This document shows positions 36,830 to 49,793 of a stretch of 64,000 nucleotides of DNA, in pieces (position 1 is the stretch's first letter; the number at the start of each line of letters is the position of its first letter). The DNA is from Gekko japonicus. Taxonomy: Eukaryota. The stretch covers positions 884,531 through 948,530 of the forward strand of contig NW_015177023.1 of assembly GCF_001447785.1 (NCBI RefSeq). Reading direction: 5' to 3'. Below the pieces are notes generated by a model, which saw only the letters and a program-made list of their open reading frames with translations, was not told where the DNA came from and did no database searches. The translations under genes were made by a program, and so were the position numbers.

Positions 36830-39800
36830 GATATCACTATGAGACATCTCCCAGAAAGTCATATTTTTAAAGATGCATGGCACATGTAAAGTCCCACACA
36901 AGTTCTTAGAAAGAAGAGTGAGAAGGTCCTAACAATTTTAAAGAAGTAATGTCATGAATATAAAGCTACACGAGGAATTAACAAAGCTGTTCACCACACA
37001 CTGCATAGCTTTCCTGATCTGCAAAGGGCTATCCTTGATCTCACAGCTATTTTCAGGAGGGCTACAGAAAGTCTAAAGGAAATTAGAAGGGATGTTCCAA
37101 TCTCNNNNNNNNNNNNNNNNNNNNNNNNNNNNNNNNNNNNNNNNNNNNNNNNNNNNNNNNNNNNNNNNNAAACTGATTAGACAGTCTGTTAAACAAAACT
37201 GAAGCTTTGAGATAGGTTATATTAAACTGGATTGTACATTAGGATGAGGCAGTAATTTCTTACTGAAAAAAAGAAATTTTCACTGCACTTAAAGCTCATC
37301 AATCAACAATTAGGGTACAGAATTACAGTAAGCATATAATTTGATTAATGACCGGCAGTAGCAACCTGTAAGGTACCTAAGATTTTATTTTATTTTATTA
37401 TGAGCACCAGAAACAGAGACATAATGATAATATCTCAATATCTGCTATACATAAAATACTTTAAAGTATTTTGTTTAATAAACTGTGCTTATCAGTAATA
37501 TTCTTATTGTTGGCTGGAGATTCCTTCCATTTATCCCCCTTAGAAACGTCTACAGTTTCCCCTCCAGTGTTATTTGTACTATGAACACATTCATACAACT
37601 AGCAAATGCCACAGCAATATCCTAATGTTTCAGCAGTACCAGCAAACTCGATAACCCTTTAAGACAGCCAAGACAGACTCTGGTGGTTTTGTTACTGTCT
37701 AGCAAACTGATTTCAGAAGGTGATGCTGGGTGATACCTCTTTGACCTCTGGCACTTGCTGTATGGGTTTGCACATTGTTTTATCGTATTTCCACACCCTG
37801 TGCTAGTTAATGTCTACATGAAACTGCTGGCAAAGGTCATTCAGAGATTTCTATCAACTCAAGGTGGGACTCAGACACCAGATCTTTTTTTCTGTTGAAA
37901 CACTAGATCCTAGTTTATTGAGTTGTCTCCACATGTCTTTCCCCCCCAGTTCTCTGTTACTTATTGTTTGTTTGAACAAACTCCTATTCAATCATAATTT
38001 GTTTATACTTGGATTGTTTGCATGGTAGTTGAGAACCTGATGGTTATACAACTAAAACTAAAACAGATTCCTTTGCAAAGAATATACTGCAATTAAATTG
38101 GACCTCAAGATGACATAAAAAGAAAGTGAGCTGAATATAATACGGTTTCTCAAAGCGAGCTATCCTGTAAGAGAACGCCATCTAGAGCACTTTTAAGAGG
38201 ATGATGAGTTGACACATTCGTATCTCTTTAGAAAACACACATCAGCCACACCAGCTGTTTAGCATTTTGCTGAGCACATGTGCCCTTTTGCGGGGACTAA
38301 TTTGAAGTCATTCCCAGCAGGAGCTCATCCTCCCTAACACATGTGTCATTTTACTTTAATCAGCAATGAAATGTAGTTTGCAGCAGCCCGCCAAATTGAC
38401 AGAACACACACTGCAACACATAACATATTTTGCTAATTTTGTGGCATCTGACTAGCCGTACTGAATTATGAGACACCCAGAAGAGAAGTAGGAACAAATA
38501 GCAAGATAAAATCTCCAAGAAAAACTCTCAACATGGAAATGCAATGGTCCTTTATAGGCCACTCAATGGAAGAAAAACATCCTTGTCTGCTTTTGTGCAC
38601 TGATCGAATAGATTTTTGTGCTGCTGTGCATGAGGAATAAAGAGAAAAGATCAATGTTCCATCATTTTGGCAGCACATAAAACAGCACAACCCCATCATT
38701 TTATGTGCTCTATTAATGATAGCTGGTCTTGCGTGGGCTTACTATGAAGAGTCAACTGCTAACAGTTTAGCTCGTCAAACAGCCTCTGTGTAACACAATT
38801 GTGTCTTGGATTTATACAGCTACTTTAACATTTAGAAAATTAAATTAGTTCCAGTGACTGGATTGAAACAGGAATTTGGATCAAATGATAAAAAGCAGAT
38901 TTTGCTAGAGATGTATGAAGGGATGGAAAATATGAATACACCTATATTGGACCCATGTGATCACTTCTCGTCTATTACACAGTAAGGAGATCACTTGAGA
39001 GCTTTCACTACACATTTCGGAATTCATGTATGATATTCTTTTTACCACAGCAACACTTCTGCTCTGCAAGTAAATGAGGAAGCCAAACTAGTGTTTTCAC
39101 ATCTGATGACTATGAAAGAATTTCAACAACTGCATTGAAATCAGTTACTGAATTGAAATCAGTTACTAAAACTTGTATTTGCATACTGGAAGAGAAAATC
39201 CTCGGCACCTATAACAGTTTACACAACCTGGGACATTGTGTTTCTATGTACATTCCAGAAGAATAGGAATCAATTCTCAGTCTAACCAATTTATTGGATG
39301 CATTATTATGTACAACAGCTTCCAGTACAACGGTGACAATTTGCATTCCTGTCACTTTTCCACCTTCCCCAACGCACTGGACTCCCAGCAGGAGCAGTTG
39401 TTTGAGGACACAGAATTCTGCCTTGAATATAAAACCCCCTACCCAAGCTTGTGGCCAGTAGTCATAGTGTGAGGTAAAACTGACAGAGACCAGATGGTTC
39501 TTTCTTTTTAAAATAGGGACACAAACCAAGGTAAATCTTAACTGATAATGAAGAGATATGGCCTTTAAAACTATACTTGCCAAGTAAAATTCTAAAAGAC
39601 TATTTGGTCTTGAAAACACTATACCAAGTCCTACGTTCCCAGATCATTTGCAGCAATGCATCTGCCAGCCTCTCTGCCTATTTTTGGTCATCGAAAGAGT
39701 AATGAAGTACTGATCTAAACACCTCTCTGACAAAAATATTCAACACAATTTATCTGCTAAGTCTCTGTCTGGGATCTACTCCTAGCATTCCATACAGCCC

Positions 39801-40649
39801 CCCCCTCCCAGCAACTTTATTTAATTCCCTCCCTAAATCCTCTTCTTTTTCTGCCTCAAGCCAATTATGGAAAAGATAAAAATTATGCACAGTGGTTGGT
39901 CTATTCGGTTCACACGGTTAAATACCAAATAATCCCTTAAATTCTACTTAAGTAGGAGCTGACCATTTCAGACTGACCGCGTTTAAGCATCTTTTGCCTT
40001 TTATAGGCCAAGTATGGTTAAAATGGTCCTTCTCAACAAATTATTGTGGGATTCATGAAGTTACATTTTACAGCATGCGTCCCAAATAATGCACAACCAA
40101 GCATAGAAAACAGACTCACAATAATTTGAGGAGACATATTAAATTTGTCTTATGAAGGTTCAGTCCATGTCATTATTCACATGACTTAGATCATTCCACT
40201 TTTCAAAGTCCCCCCTCCAAGGGTTTATCAGTTCTTACTTATTCAGTCTGATATATCTTATTGTGTGTTTGCAAGGACCTGCCTTGCAGAAGAGACAAGA
40301 CACAGAAACAATAGGTAAATGTAAGAGTCCCAACTGGAAAAACTCAAGAAGTAGCAAATGAAAAGTTGGCCTGTAGACTTCAGCAATAATTGCAGCTAAA
40401 GCTCAATCCAGACATTGTTGCTAGAAACTCAGAAAAATATTATATTATCTGGCCATACATGATGGAAAAGAGGAAGGGCACAAGCCTAAGGATCTCTCAG
40501 GCTAATTCACAGTGGCTTAAACTATATGGTTTACAGTTCCAGCTGAAGCACCACTGTTTCTCAGCAATTACCATGCTCACTATTGCTGCTGGGAAGCTGA
40601 TGTGTACTTCTAGCAGGAGGAACATATTACTTATTTATTGGATTTTTAT

Positions 40650-40761
40650 TGACTAAAACACCAATGAAGCTTTCTGAATAAAAGAGATCAAGAAACAACA
40701 ACCCAAACATGACTAAAACACCAATGAAGCTTTCTGAAGAAAAGAGATCAAGAAGCAACAT
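40650..40761. repeat. 60-bp-period tandem duplication
   Basis: tgactaaaacaccaatgaagctttctgaa.aaaagagatcaagaa.caaca occurs twice. Confidence 0.85.
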
Positions 40762-41248
40762 GTAAGTTTTCAAAAAAACAACAACCCAAAAAGAGCAACT
40801 GCCTTCATCAGATATCATTTGAACCACTGGCAAGCACAACAGACTTCAATTGGCATCAAAAAGATGCTAGTAACAGGCCGCAGGGAAAATGGGTGCCACC
40901 ACATTAGAGGCATGATCTCTGGTAACTGCCTGTCTTAATGTTATTTATAGTCTGCCTTTCTCATCAAGACTCAAGACAGTTTTACAGTCAAGCAAGTCAG
41001 TGCAACCAATAGGATGAGGAGACATCTAATAAACAATGTAATAAGATCAGGACTGCATAAATCGGGAGGAAGGTGTCATTAAACATGGCATTAAACAATG
41101 CAAGAAATGGTATTACATAAGTAGGAATATAATGCAGTGAGAGCAAGATAACATACAGATAAAACATCAGTAGTATAGTTCATAGTCCTGTTCCCAGGAA
41201 ACACAGAAGAGCTTTAGAAGGTGTTGGACAGATAAAACAGTCCTTAAT

Positions 41249-41540
41249 TAGGGTTGCCAAAGTCCGACTCGGCGCTGGAGCAGGGGACTCCAGCACTGCT
41301 CCGAGAGTGTGTGCACACGCACCGCAACCACGTCACCCGGAATTCAAAAACATAGAGTTTTCCCTCGGATGACCGTGGCCCCGCCCCCAACGCGCCCGAT
41401 GCGATCGCATCACCTCCGGGTGACGTACACGTCACGTGCTTTGGGGGTGGGGTTCCTGTTGGGGCCCGATCCGCCGGCTGTGGGTAACGGGCCTCTGGGG
41501 TGGGGGTTTCCACACCCCACGGGGGGACTTGGCAAGCCTA
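41249..41540. mobile_element. hAT (Blackjack-like TIR) MITE, CpG-rich
   Basis: TIRs tagggttgccaa / ttggcaagccta. GTCCTTAA flanks both sides. Confidence 0.8.
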
Positions 41541-41707
41541 GTCCTTAAGACACCCTGATCCTACAAAAGTTAAGGCTTTACAAGTCAAAGCAGTACTTTG
41601 ATTTATGCTCAGGAATCAGTCAAGCTGTTTCCATGCTGGGGGAAAACATTCCCAATCACCGATTGGGGGGGTTCTTTTTTGGGGGGGGGGTTGGGGTATT
41701 TTTCATA

Positions 41708-41960
41708 TGTGTGTGTGTGCGTGTGTGTGTGAGAGAGACAGAGAGAGTGCACACACCTGGAAGTCATGGCGACCTCTAGTGACTGACCCCTACTGGGGGC
41801 CTGGAGGATATTCAGAGAGCTGGTTGAATAAAGTCTGCCCCTGTCTCCCAACTGCTGGTATTCCTTGGAGATCTCCCATCCAAGTACTTCCCAGAGTTGA
41901 CTCTGCTTAGCTTCCGAGATCTGATGAAACTGGGCTTGCCTGGGCTATCTAGGTCAGGGC
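41708..41960 (-). mobile_element. 5S rRNA-derived SINE (SINE3) with dinucleotide tail
   Basis: Reverse strand ..gatctcggaagctaagcagagtcaactctgggaagtacttggatgggagatctccaaggaatacc matches the 5S rRNA internal control region (A box, IE, C box). RTE-like 3' end followed by (TC)n/(AC)n. Confidence 0.8.
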
Positions 41961-42655
41961 ACCAAATGGAGGATTTTCCATATACTTACATATACTCTGC
42001 CTCCTGCAGGATCAGCTAAAATGCAAACACCTTCAAAAGCAGTCTCATGTACAATGTATTACATAATCAAACCTGGGTGTCACCAATTATGTACATGTTT
42101 CTGTGGGAAAGGCATTTTCAGTGGCGTTAATTTGTTTATCTTCTTGGACAGCCCCACAATTTGATCTTTGTAGCTTCTTTCCTGCTCTGCTTCTCATTTT
42201 TGCTTTTTTCTTCTGCAGCCAAACACTCACCTTCGCTACTGCAGAAGCACGATTCCTTTTTTTAAAAACAACACAGAAATTCTCCTTCACTCTAGTGAGC
42301 CCTGCCTTACTTCCTTTCAATTTAACGAACAAGGCCTGGACATTATATGTACCACTAATATGGTAAAGGTAGGATCATAACACCACTAGTTTAACAGTGA
42401 AGGTATGGGATCTCCTTCTAGGAGTGAACAAGAATCTAGAAAATCCCAGAATGCAACTAAATCAAAACTGTGCTTAGTCAATGAAATTTAATTACACTCA
42501 TGAACTTTAATAAAATGTCATATGGACCACTTCTGATAAACAAATAAAGCAAGTGTTTGTGCCACTGAAATTCTCAGAACTTTTCACCAAATGCTAATTT
42601 CAGCTTTAAATCTTAAAAAAGCTCTTGCATTAAAACAACTGATTTGCTGCCTTAC

Positions 42656-42755
42656 CTGCATATTGTTCATCAATCCAGGCTTGTAGATACATGAAAAGGA
42701 GTAGACCTCCTACTCCAAACATTAGTACAGAAACATACATTTGTTTTAGGTTCAT
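42656..42755 (-). CDS. CHST9: Carbohydrate sulfotransferase 9 (GalNAc-4-O-sulfotransferase 2), first coding exon (cytoplasmic tail plus type II signal anchor)
   Basis: Minus strand reads [33 protein letters not shown]+G, closely matching human CHST9 [34 protein letters not shown] (recalled). Phase-1 donor CAG|gtaagg at 42655 and Kozak GCCATGA. Not in the ORF track because it is short. Later exons were not found in the window. Confidence 0.93.
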
Positions 42756-42868
42756 GGCCCTACCAGAGGGCTACATTTCCAGTCATTTTATACAGCTGTA
42801 TGGAAAAGGATCTCATACGCTTTCAGTTTAGCTTGCATCTTTTCTTCTTGTGGTTTTCTCAGAAAAAT
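42756..42868 (-). promoter_or_regulatory. CHST9: 5'UTR part of the CHST9 first coding exon, with several uORFs
   Basis: Strong acceptor (tttttttaattttatttctttccag|) at 42869-42870. Upstream ATGs at 42838, 42816, 42786 and 42776. Confidence 0.75.
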
Positions 42869-42907
42869 CTGGAAAGAAATAAAATTAAAAAAATTATTTC
42901 TCTAGTG

Positions 42908-43306
42908 CGGGGGTCCCCCAATCTACTTGAGGCTTATGAGCATCTCTGGAATTTTGAGAGAGCGTGGTGCTCACAGCTGTCACAGAAGACAAAGACAAAT
43001 ACAATTATCTCCTTCCTCACTTCGCAAAAGAATTGCAGAAGGGAAATAAAAAGAAATGAAGGGAAATAAAAGGAAGCAACATTTGAAGGAGGAATGGAAC
43101 CACAATCCTGGATGTTTACTAGTCCGCCTGATCCTCAAGTGGCTGTTGTAGGAATTGCATCCATGAAGAACTCATTTGAATGAGGGCAGCCAATAACAAG
43201 CCCTGCCTTACAAAGAACCTGCCCACCTGCCGAACAGCTCAGCAGGTGCCAGGGGAAGTACCGGCAGGTGGCTTGGCACCCACGGGCACCACACTGGGGG
43301 ATTCTG
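42908..43306. mobile_element. hAT-Charlie-like MITE
   Basis: TIRs cgggggtcccc / ggggattctg. 8-bp TSD ctctagtg / ccctagtg (CTAG core typical of Charlie). Confidence 0.7.
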
Positions 43307-44260
43307 CCCTAGTGCTCTCTTCTCGTGATAGAAATCCTTGATAACAGCTCATTCCTTTCCTTTTACGATTTTCCTTTCATAAGTGAGATGGGTTAACTAT
43401 GGACTTCGTTTCTACAAGCAACCATTTCCCCCACACAATTTAGACCTTTCACAGAGCTTAAAATATTTCTAACATACCTTTACCCTGAAGGACTCGAAAA
43501 GGAAAGTATCAAAACAAAAATCTGCAGGATTAACATTTGACTTTTAAATTTGTGGTTTTGAAGAACATCAGTATTCTATTTTAAGTTTTACAGAAACAAG
43601 TAGCTATGATGGCCCCATCCGCTTCCCTCCCTCAGAGGCAAGATATTCCCTCCATTTTTCTTTCCGTCTGATTGAGCCACCCTAGTAAAGTGTTTTCTTC
43701 TTTGCTGAAGAACTCTGGCTGTTCCACCCTGTCACAATACAATATGTTGGCTGTTGGCTCAGCCCAGGAACCCTGAGGGAAGGATCGGGAGCCCACTTAA
43801 CTTAAATGACACTTGAGGCATTTTGAAATTCAAAAATAACAAAATATTTAACAGGGGAGAAAGGTCAGGTGAAATCAGGGGTCGAGATTTCTGAGGTAAA
43901 GCCAGTACATGCACAGACTTTAGTTCTTATATTTCAGGATAATGAGAGTTTATTAAGCTATTCAGAGTTATTTAGTATCTTTGTTGAGAGGCATTTGTTC
44001 CAGTTGTTTTCCCCAAACACTCCAGTATACTTTCTTTGAGTATTCTCTAATTCTTTTGGCTTCCAGAAGGTTGGTGTATTCTTTCCAGAACCCAAACACT
44101 ATCTCTTGAAACAACAGTACTTGTCTTGAGTTTTTAACTGACTTTTAAGGTTTCTACAGGCAATTTCAAACCACATCAGGCCAGGGATCTCTGTATTTTT
44201 CAGCGCTAACTCCCTGTTTGGCTGGGAAGGGAAATTCTTCTCTCTCTAAGAAGATCTACC

Positions 44261-45720
44261 CAGGGGTGTCGAATTCATTTGTTATGAGGGCCGGATCTGA
44301 CATAAATGAGACCTTGTTGGGCCAGGCCATGTGTGTCATAAAATGTAATTCCAGGTAGCGGTTATATACACTTTATAAAGAATAAGAGATTGGATCTATA
44401 CCCTGCCCTTCACCACCCAAAGGAGTCACAGAGCAGTTTACAATCTCCTTTCCCTCCCCCTACAACTGACACCCTGTGAAGTAGGTGGGGCTGAGAGAGC
44501 TCTCTTGACAACTGACCTTGAGAGAACAGCTCTGAAAGAACTTATGACTGACCCAAGGTCACACCAGCAGCTGCATGTGGAGGGGTGGGGAATCAAACCC
44601 AGTTCACCCAGATTAGAGTCCATACTCCTAACCACTACACCAAACATAAAGATTTTTTTAAACTTTAAATAAAACATGCTTAAAACACTAGCAATATTGC
44701 AATATTTTGTCTATTTAACTGTCTTTGATAACCGACACCTCTGCTCTGAATTATTGCATCAAAATGTCTGTGCTGTAGCAATCTTGAGTATGCTGTTCAG
44801 GTGTGTATCTGTAAACTGCAAACCTACTTTTTATTTATTGACATTCATTACAGAAATCTCATGCTCTGTGATCTTAGCCTAGGACCCAGGGGAAAAACAT
44901 GAAATGGCTGGGCATTGCAACCTTTTGCACATAAACGGCTTCATGTGCTGGTCAAGAACATGAGAAGGCATCTTAACACAGATTGAAGGCCATGTGTTTG
45001 TCTACAAAACTATACACTTCCCCAGAAAAATAACTACAACTTCCTACAAAGGGGTTGAACTTGGTCTGGACACAAACTCTGAGTCTAATCCACCTCACTG
45101 GCTTGTTGTTATTCCTCCTCTAAAATAGTTCACATTTCTTTCTTACTGAGGAAGACTGGTTCATAAGAGCATGAATACAGTGAAAAGGGGGAAGGAACCC
45201 AGTTGTACCCAGGAAAGCCTTGGCATAAAGAGCCTAACAAAACACACAGAGAGAGAGACAGTAGCAAGGCACGCAAAAGCTCATATCTTGAACAAATCTT
45301 TGTTGGTCTTAAAGGTGCTTGGTATTTCTCCCGTGCAATTTAGGCAGCCCAGCAAAGCAAGCTCTCCGTCGTTCCCTCCCTTCCCTTAAGGGAGAAGCCT
45401 CAGCCAGTGGAAGGGCAGAAAGGCTGCCCTTTGTCTCCTGCAGCCTGGCCAGGAAGCCAGATCTGACTTCACTCCCTCTCTCTGGGAGGAGGAGGGGGAG
45501 GAGCCTCAGCCAGTTTTTTACCAGACTCTCTCAATCATACAGGACAGCCTTGTCTATTGATCTCTCCTGTGTGACTGAGAGAGACTGGTAAAGCAACCTG
45601 TAACATGGCAGCAGCAGCAGAACTGCAAATGGAAGTAGGAAACAGCCAAGGGCTTGCGGACCTGATTGGGGCCTTCCGAGGGCCTGCTCTGGCCCGTGGG
45701 CTACACATTTGACACCCCTG
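44261..45720. mobile_element. hAT-Charlie-like non-autonomous element with a nested SINE and a PLE fragment
   Basis: TIRs caggggtgtcgaa / tttgacacccctg and TSD atctacc(c). Nested Squam3 at 44381-44645 and PLE tail at about 45270-45320. Confidence 0.8.
44381..44645 (-). mobile_element. Squam3-type SINE
   Basis: Homologous to 34817-35107, flanked by ataaaga. Confidence 0.85.
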
Positions 45721-47614
45721 ATCTACCCCCTTTCCTAGGCCTGAATGGGAGTCTCTGTGTAACCACCCATTGGTCCTTGCCAATTTTCCCCAGTACTCCT
45801 GCCTGTGTTAAACTGCTCTCAGTCAGGACTGAATTCCGAATAAATTCTCCTCAGCATTCATTTATAAAGTCTTTCGCTGCTCAGCTGATGCTACCCAATC
45901 AGATTGCTTGGAGCAGCCTGTCACTCAAGGCTCTCTGTTTCTGTGAAGAATTTACCCTGTTTATACAGCACTCCTGTTTGTAAAGCACTTCTAAGTTTTA
46001 AAAAGTGCAGCCTGTCACAATAGCAAACTTCAACAGTAAAGAGAAATTTAAGATCAAAGCATATGACTAGGGTGGGAACATACCTAAAAATAACCCAGTT
46101 TGGGGTCGCCCCCAAACCAAACCTCAAACTGAGCCAAAAAGCCCCCACCTGAACCAAGCCGATCTGGCAAGTTCGTTTCCCCCTTTCTCCCAGATGTGGC
46201 TTGCCGCAGCGGGAAGAAATTTGGGGGATCACCCAGGAATGGTTAAATGTCTGGCAGCCATTTAACCTGTCTGTTTTGCTTTGCCCCACTTTGAAGCAGG
46301 GGGGGCAAAACCGACAGGTTTAATGGCTGGCAGCCATTTAAACCTAGCAGCTGATGGGTGGACCTCTGCTTGACTGCAGAACTATAGCCTTAGTCACTTA
46401 TCTCTCAGCCTACCCAATCCCACAGGGCTGTTGCCAGGATAAACCAACCCATCCTGTTTAAAGCAATACGAGCATCAATGGCTTCCCTGTACTACAAGTC
46501 ACACTATCAGCAATATTCAGATGTGCTCTGATCAAACTCAGTAGTAACAACTACTAATAGCATAAATCCAGCTCTGAAAGACAAGTATACCTATGTTTTT
46601 TTTAAAAAAGTTGACTACTGTGCAGTCACTGATTTAAACTACCAAAGAAATAAACCAATTAAGAGCCTGATTCTCACCAGTGGCTTCAAGTGAAGCAAGC
46701 TCAAGCTCAAAGCTTTCTGAAAAATAATCTTACTTGCAACACAAGAGCCTCAGGAGAAGGAAATCATTAATTTAAATGCCCTTTGCCTGCTACTCAAAAG
46801 CAACAGGATATAAATGTTGACAAAAATGCAATACAGAACCTTTTCAAGAATGCAAGGGAAACTAAAGCTACTTAAATTGCTTTTAAAATCTAGGACTTTG
46901 TCATTCTATTGAGTATAGTATACAGAGAGTATTAAATTGGAAACCCCAAAAAAGCCCCAATGTATTCTGAACCTCAGGGCAATGATGCCCTTGGAAAGAA
47001 CATCTGATAGGAGAGGTTTTAGTGAACTAAAGCAAAAACTTATAAGCATAATATAAGCCACTTGGGAACAAAAGAAAGTCATTCCAAAAGTATTAGATTT
47101 TTTTGTTTGGCATTCCAGTGTTTATTTCTAGACTTAAGATATGTGCACAGGCACAGACATTTAACAAGTTATATCAGATTACCTAAATCCCACCATATGG
47201 TTTGCAGAGAAATGCAATTTTGCAAAAGAAAAAAAAAGTAATAAAAACACAGGATTCTTCATCATTTTCAAGTGCAGCCTGTTGTCTTTTATTAAACAAA
47301 TATAGCATGAACTCATGTAAACAACAGCTAAAGAAAGCATTAGTTTTTTAAAAATTCCAGGAGAGAAACTCTACCAGAAAGTTATCATGTATTAGTATAT
47401 CTTACATAGCAGTTATCTGTGATGCTCCTCCTGGTCAAGGCTGTGTTACCTTTGCTCTGCCAGGACTTTCTGTTCTTTAGAGGACCTGCAAGGCCTCAGA
47501 CTGGAGAGGGGAGAGAGTGGCACCACTTTGCTTCTCCTCCTTTCCACATTCCCTGCTCTTAGATGCTGCCTGAGCATCTGGCCTACTGCAGATCCTCCTT
47601 AAATAGGCCACCCT

Positions 47615-47775
47615 TCCAATCCCTCCCCAGCTTGCTCCTCTCCCCAATCCTTCAGCCATCTAGAAGTGTCCTGAAGCGTCCTGGCTCACCTGCCTCCTGG
47701 GTTTCCAATCCCTCCCCAGCTTGCTCCTCTCCTTCAACCATCTAGAAGTGTCCTGAAGTGGCTCAGCTGCCTCCT
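47615..47775. repeat. About 90-bp-period tandem duplication
   Basis: tccaatccc(c)tccccagcttgctcctctcc...ccatctagaagtgtcctgaag..ggctca.ctgcctcctggg occurs twice. Confidence 0.8.
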
Positions 47776-48679
47776 GGGCTGCTCCCTTCCTCCAGGAAGG
47801 GCTTGATGATGTGACTGATTCTGTCTGGCTGCCAAACTCTGTAACAGAACCCAGGCCCCTTTCAGGCACCCTTTGTAATCCATTTTGGCAGCCCAGTTAC
47901 TAATGGTTTTTTTGTGCCATTTCGGACACAACCATTTTAGCAACTGGCTGCTAACGGATTTTATTTACCTTTTCATGCAAAACTGCTTGCATCTGGTTAG
48001 CAAAGCATGATTGAGCCATTCTTGAGATAAACTACTTTCTTCTGTTTCACCTCTTCTCTGCACTTTTGAATCGCTGTAGTGTGTTGTGTAAAATGTCTGC
48101 AGCACTTCCAAAAGTGTACTTTTTCCTCTGCACAATCTGCCTCAAACTTTTTGGAAACTTTGGAAAGTCGAGAGCTACAGCACGAGATCAATATAGCACT
48201 TCGGTGCTACAGCAGCAGCACTGAGATGCCTTGGCACCATCGAGATACACTGAGATTGCAGCTGTGGTTACATGGACACAGGAGGAAAGAAGTCGCTCAT
48301 TGAGCAGCAGTTGCTCAGGGCATTAGTGATTAGTCTGGTGCTGTTTGAAATAGCCAGATCACTTCAGAGACGGCTCATTAATGGAATGGAATTTGCTGTA
48401 TGAAACCTCCATCCCTGTATCGCTTTACTTGGAACCGAGCCAACAGTGGATAACATTTGATTTAGAACAGTAATATGACAGGGGACCCAGAGTCTGCAGC
48501 CCCAACCTACCTGTTCTGGGCACTTCCTGGCCTGGCTGCTGCAGCTGCCAGTTCTGTCTGGCTCAGCTCAACCAAGATGAGTTGCCCCCTGTTAGCCAAA
48601 ATGCTATATTTCTTTAATAAAAGGTTGGGGAATTATGATAGTAATGTGCAATTGGCGTAACTATAGGATCATGGCCTTT

Positions 48680-49793
48680 ATATACCAGAGTCCCACTTCA
48701 TCCAAGTCTCAGAAACAGAAGCAGAGACTAGGTCTTTGAAAATCACTAGTTTCTTTTACTAAGGGAATATTCACACACACACCAATATAAAATCGAGCAA
48801 TCAAAACACACAATACAGAACTAGGAAATTAAGGTAGAAAATCTAGAGACATTTGCATTAGAAGGTATTTCATTGAGGGGTGATACATACCTGTCCAGAC
48901 GCAGTGAGTAGAATCTTCAGTGAAAAATAGAATGACACTAAAGGAAGGGATCGTGTTCTGACCGGCAGAGCACATGGAAAGTTCCAAACAGTGCTAGAAT
49001 GGAACCTATGAGGTAGGGCAAGGTGGGGGGAGGGAGAAGCAGAGAGAAAGCAATAGGGTGGCTTCCTCTTTTTATATACCCTAGACTAGATTTGACTAGA
49101 GGCACATGCTTCCTCTGTCACATAGTCCTCCAGGAAGTAGTAGAAAAAATCCAGGTCCTGATGGGGCTAAAGAATAGGATTAATAGGTGGGCAATTGAAA
49201 TAATGTTTCTTTAAGTGACATCTCTTATGTTGTTGTTGGGTGTTATTATTGGATGATGTGATGGTCGTCTATTGCTGTTAATAATCGATGCTTAACAGTT
49301 GCAACATAACTGCCAGTTCCTCTGTGAGGATTTGATGCTGTGTACGTGCTTCTCCTGAGGCTGGTAGTACGCAGGGGGGGGAGCAATACCTGTGTGGGGG
49401 TGAAGGGAGCTTGCTATGGCGCTTATAAAGGAATGTCCACGTCCCTTTTGCAGAGCAAGGCTTCTCTTTGGTGAACTGCTGCTGGAGCTGAGTGAGCAGG
49501 ATCAGGAAGGCTGGCTTGCCATCTTCCCTGGTCTGCAATGTCTTTGGAAATGCAGGGATGGTTGGCATCGGGTGGTCCATGGGTCCACGTCTGGTCTAAC
49601 ATGCTGCTTCAGTACAAGGTTTCCCTTGGCTGGGCACATGTCTTCCGTCCAGTAAGTTGGCATTGTCTCATGGGCACCGTGTAGTCCATTTCCCCTGCAC
49701 AGTTTTCACAGCCCAGCTATACAGTTTATATGCCATATAAAGCATCAGCAGGCTAACACCCTGCAAGTCCAGGGCAGGTCCTGTCTCCAGACA
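48680..49793 (-). mobile_element. LTR-like element (probable solo LTR)
   Basis: Minus strand begins TGTCTGG at about 49793. TATATAAA at about 49071-49078, a splice-donor-like CAG|gtatgt and AGTAAA near the other end. TSD ambiguous. Confidence 0.5.

Larger units (their letters stand above)
43730..46019 (-). mobile_element. Possible old LTR interrupted by a hAT element
   Basis: TGTCAC...GTCACA ends and LTR-like composition, but no convincing TSD. Confidence 0.3.

Noticed and set aside
36259-36870. 203-aa ORF
   Set aside because: Runs through a GC-rich MITE and has no recognisable domain.
41845-41960. Functional 5S rRNA gene
   Set aside because: Diverged 5' end and internal substitutions, no T-run terminator, and fused to a SINE body and tail.
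47997-48191. Myb/SANT-like (Harbinger ORF) remnant, KCREEVKQKKVVYLK
   Set aside because: Only one short motif resembles the trihelix consensus. No TIRs or transposase found; an HMM search would be needed.
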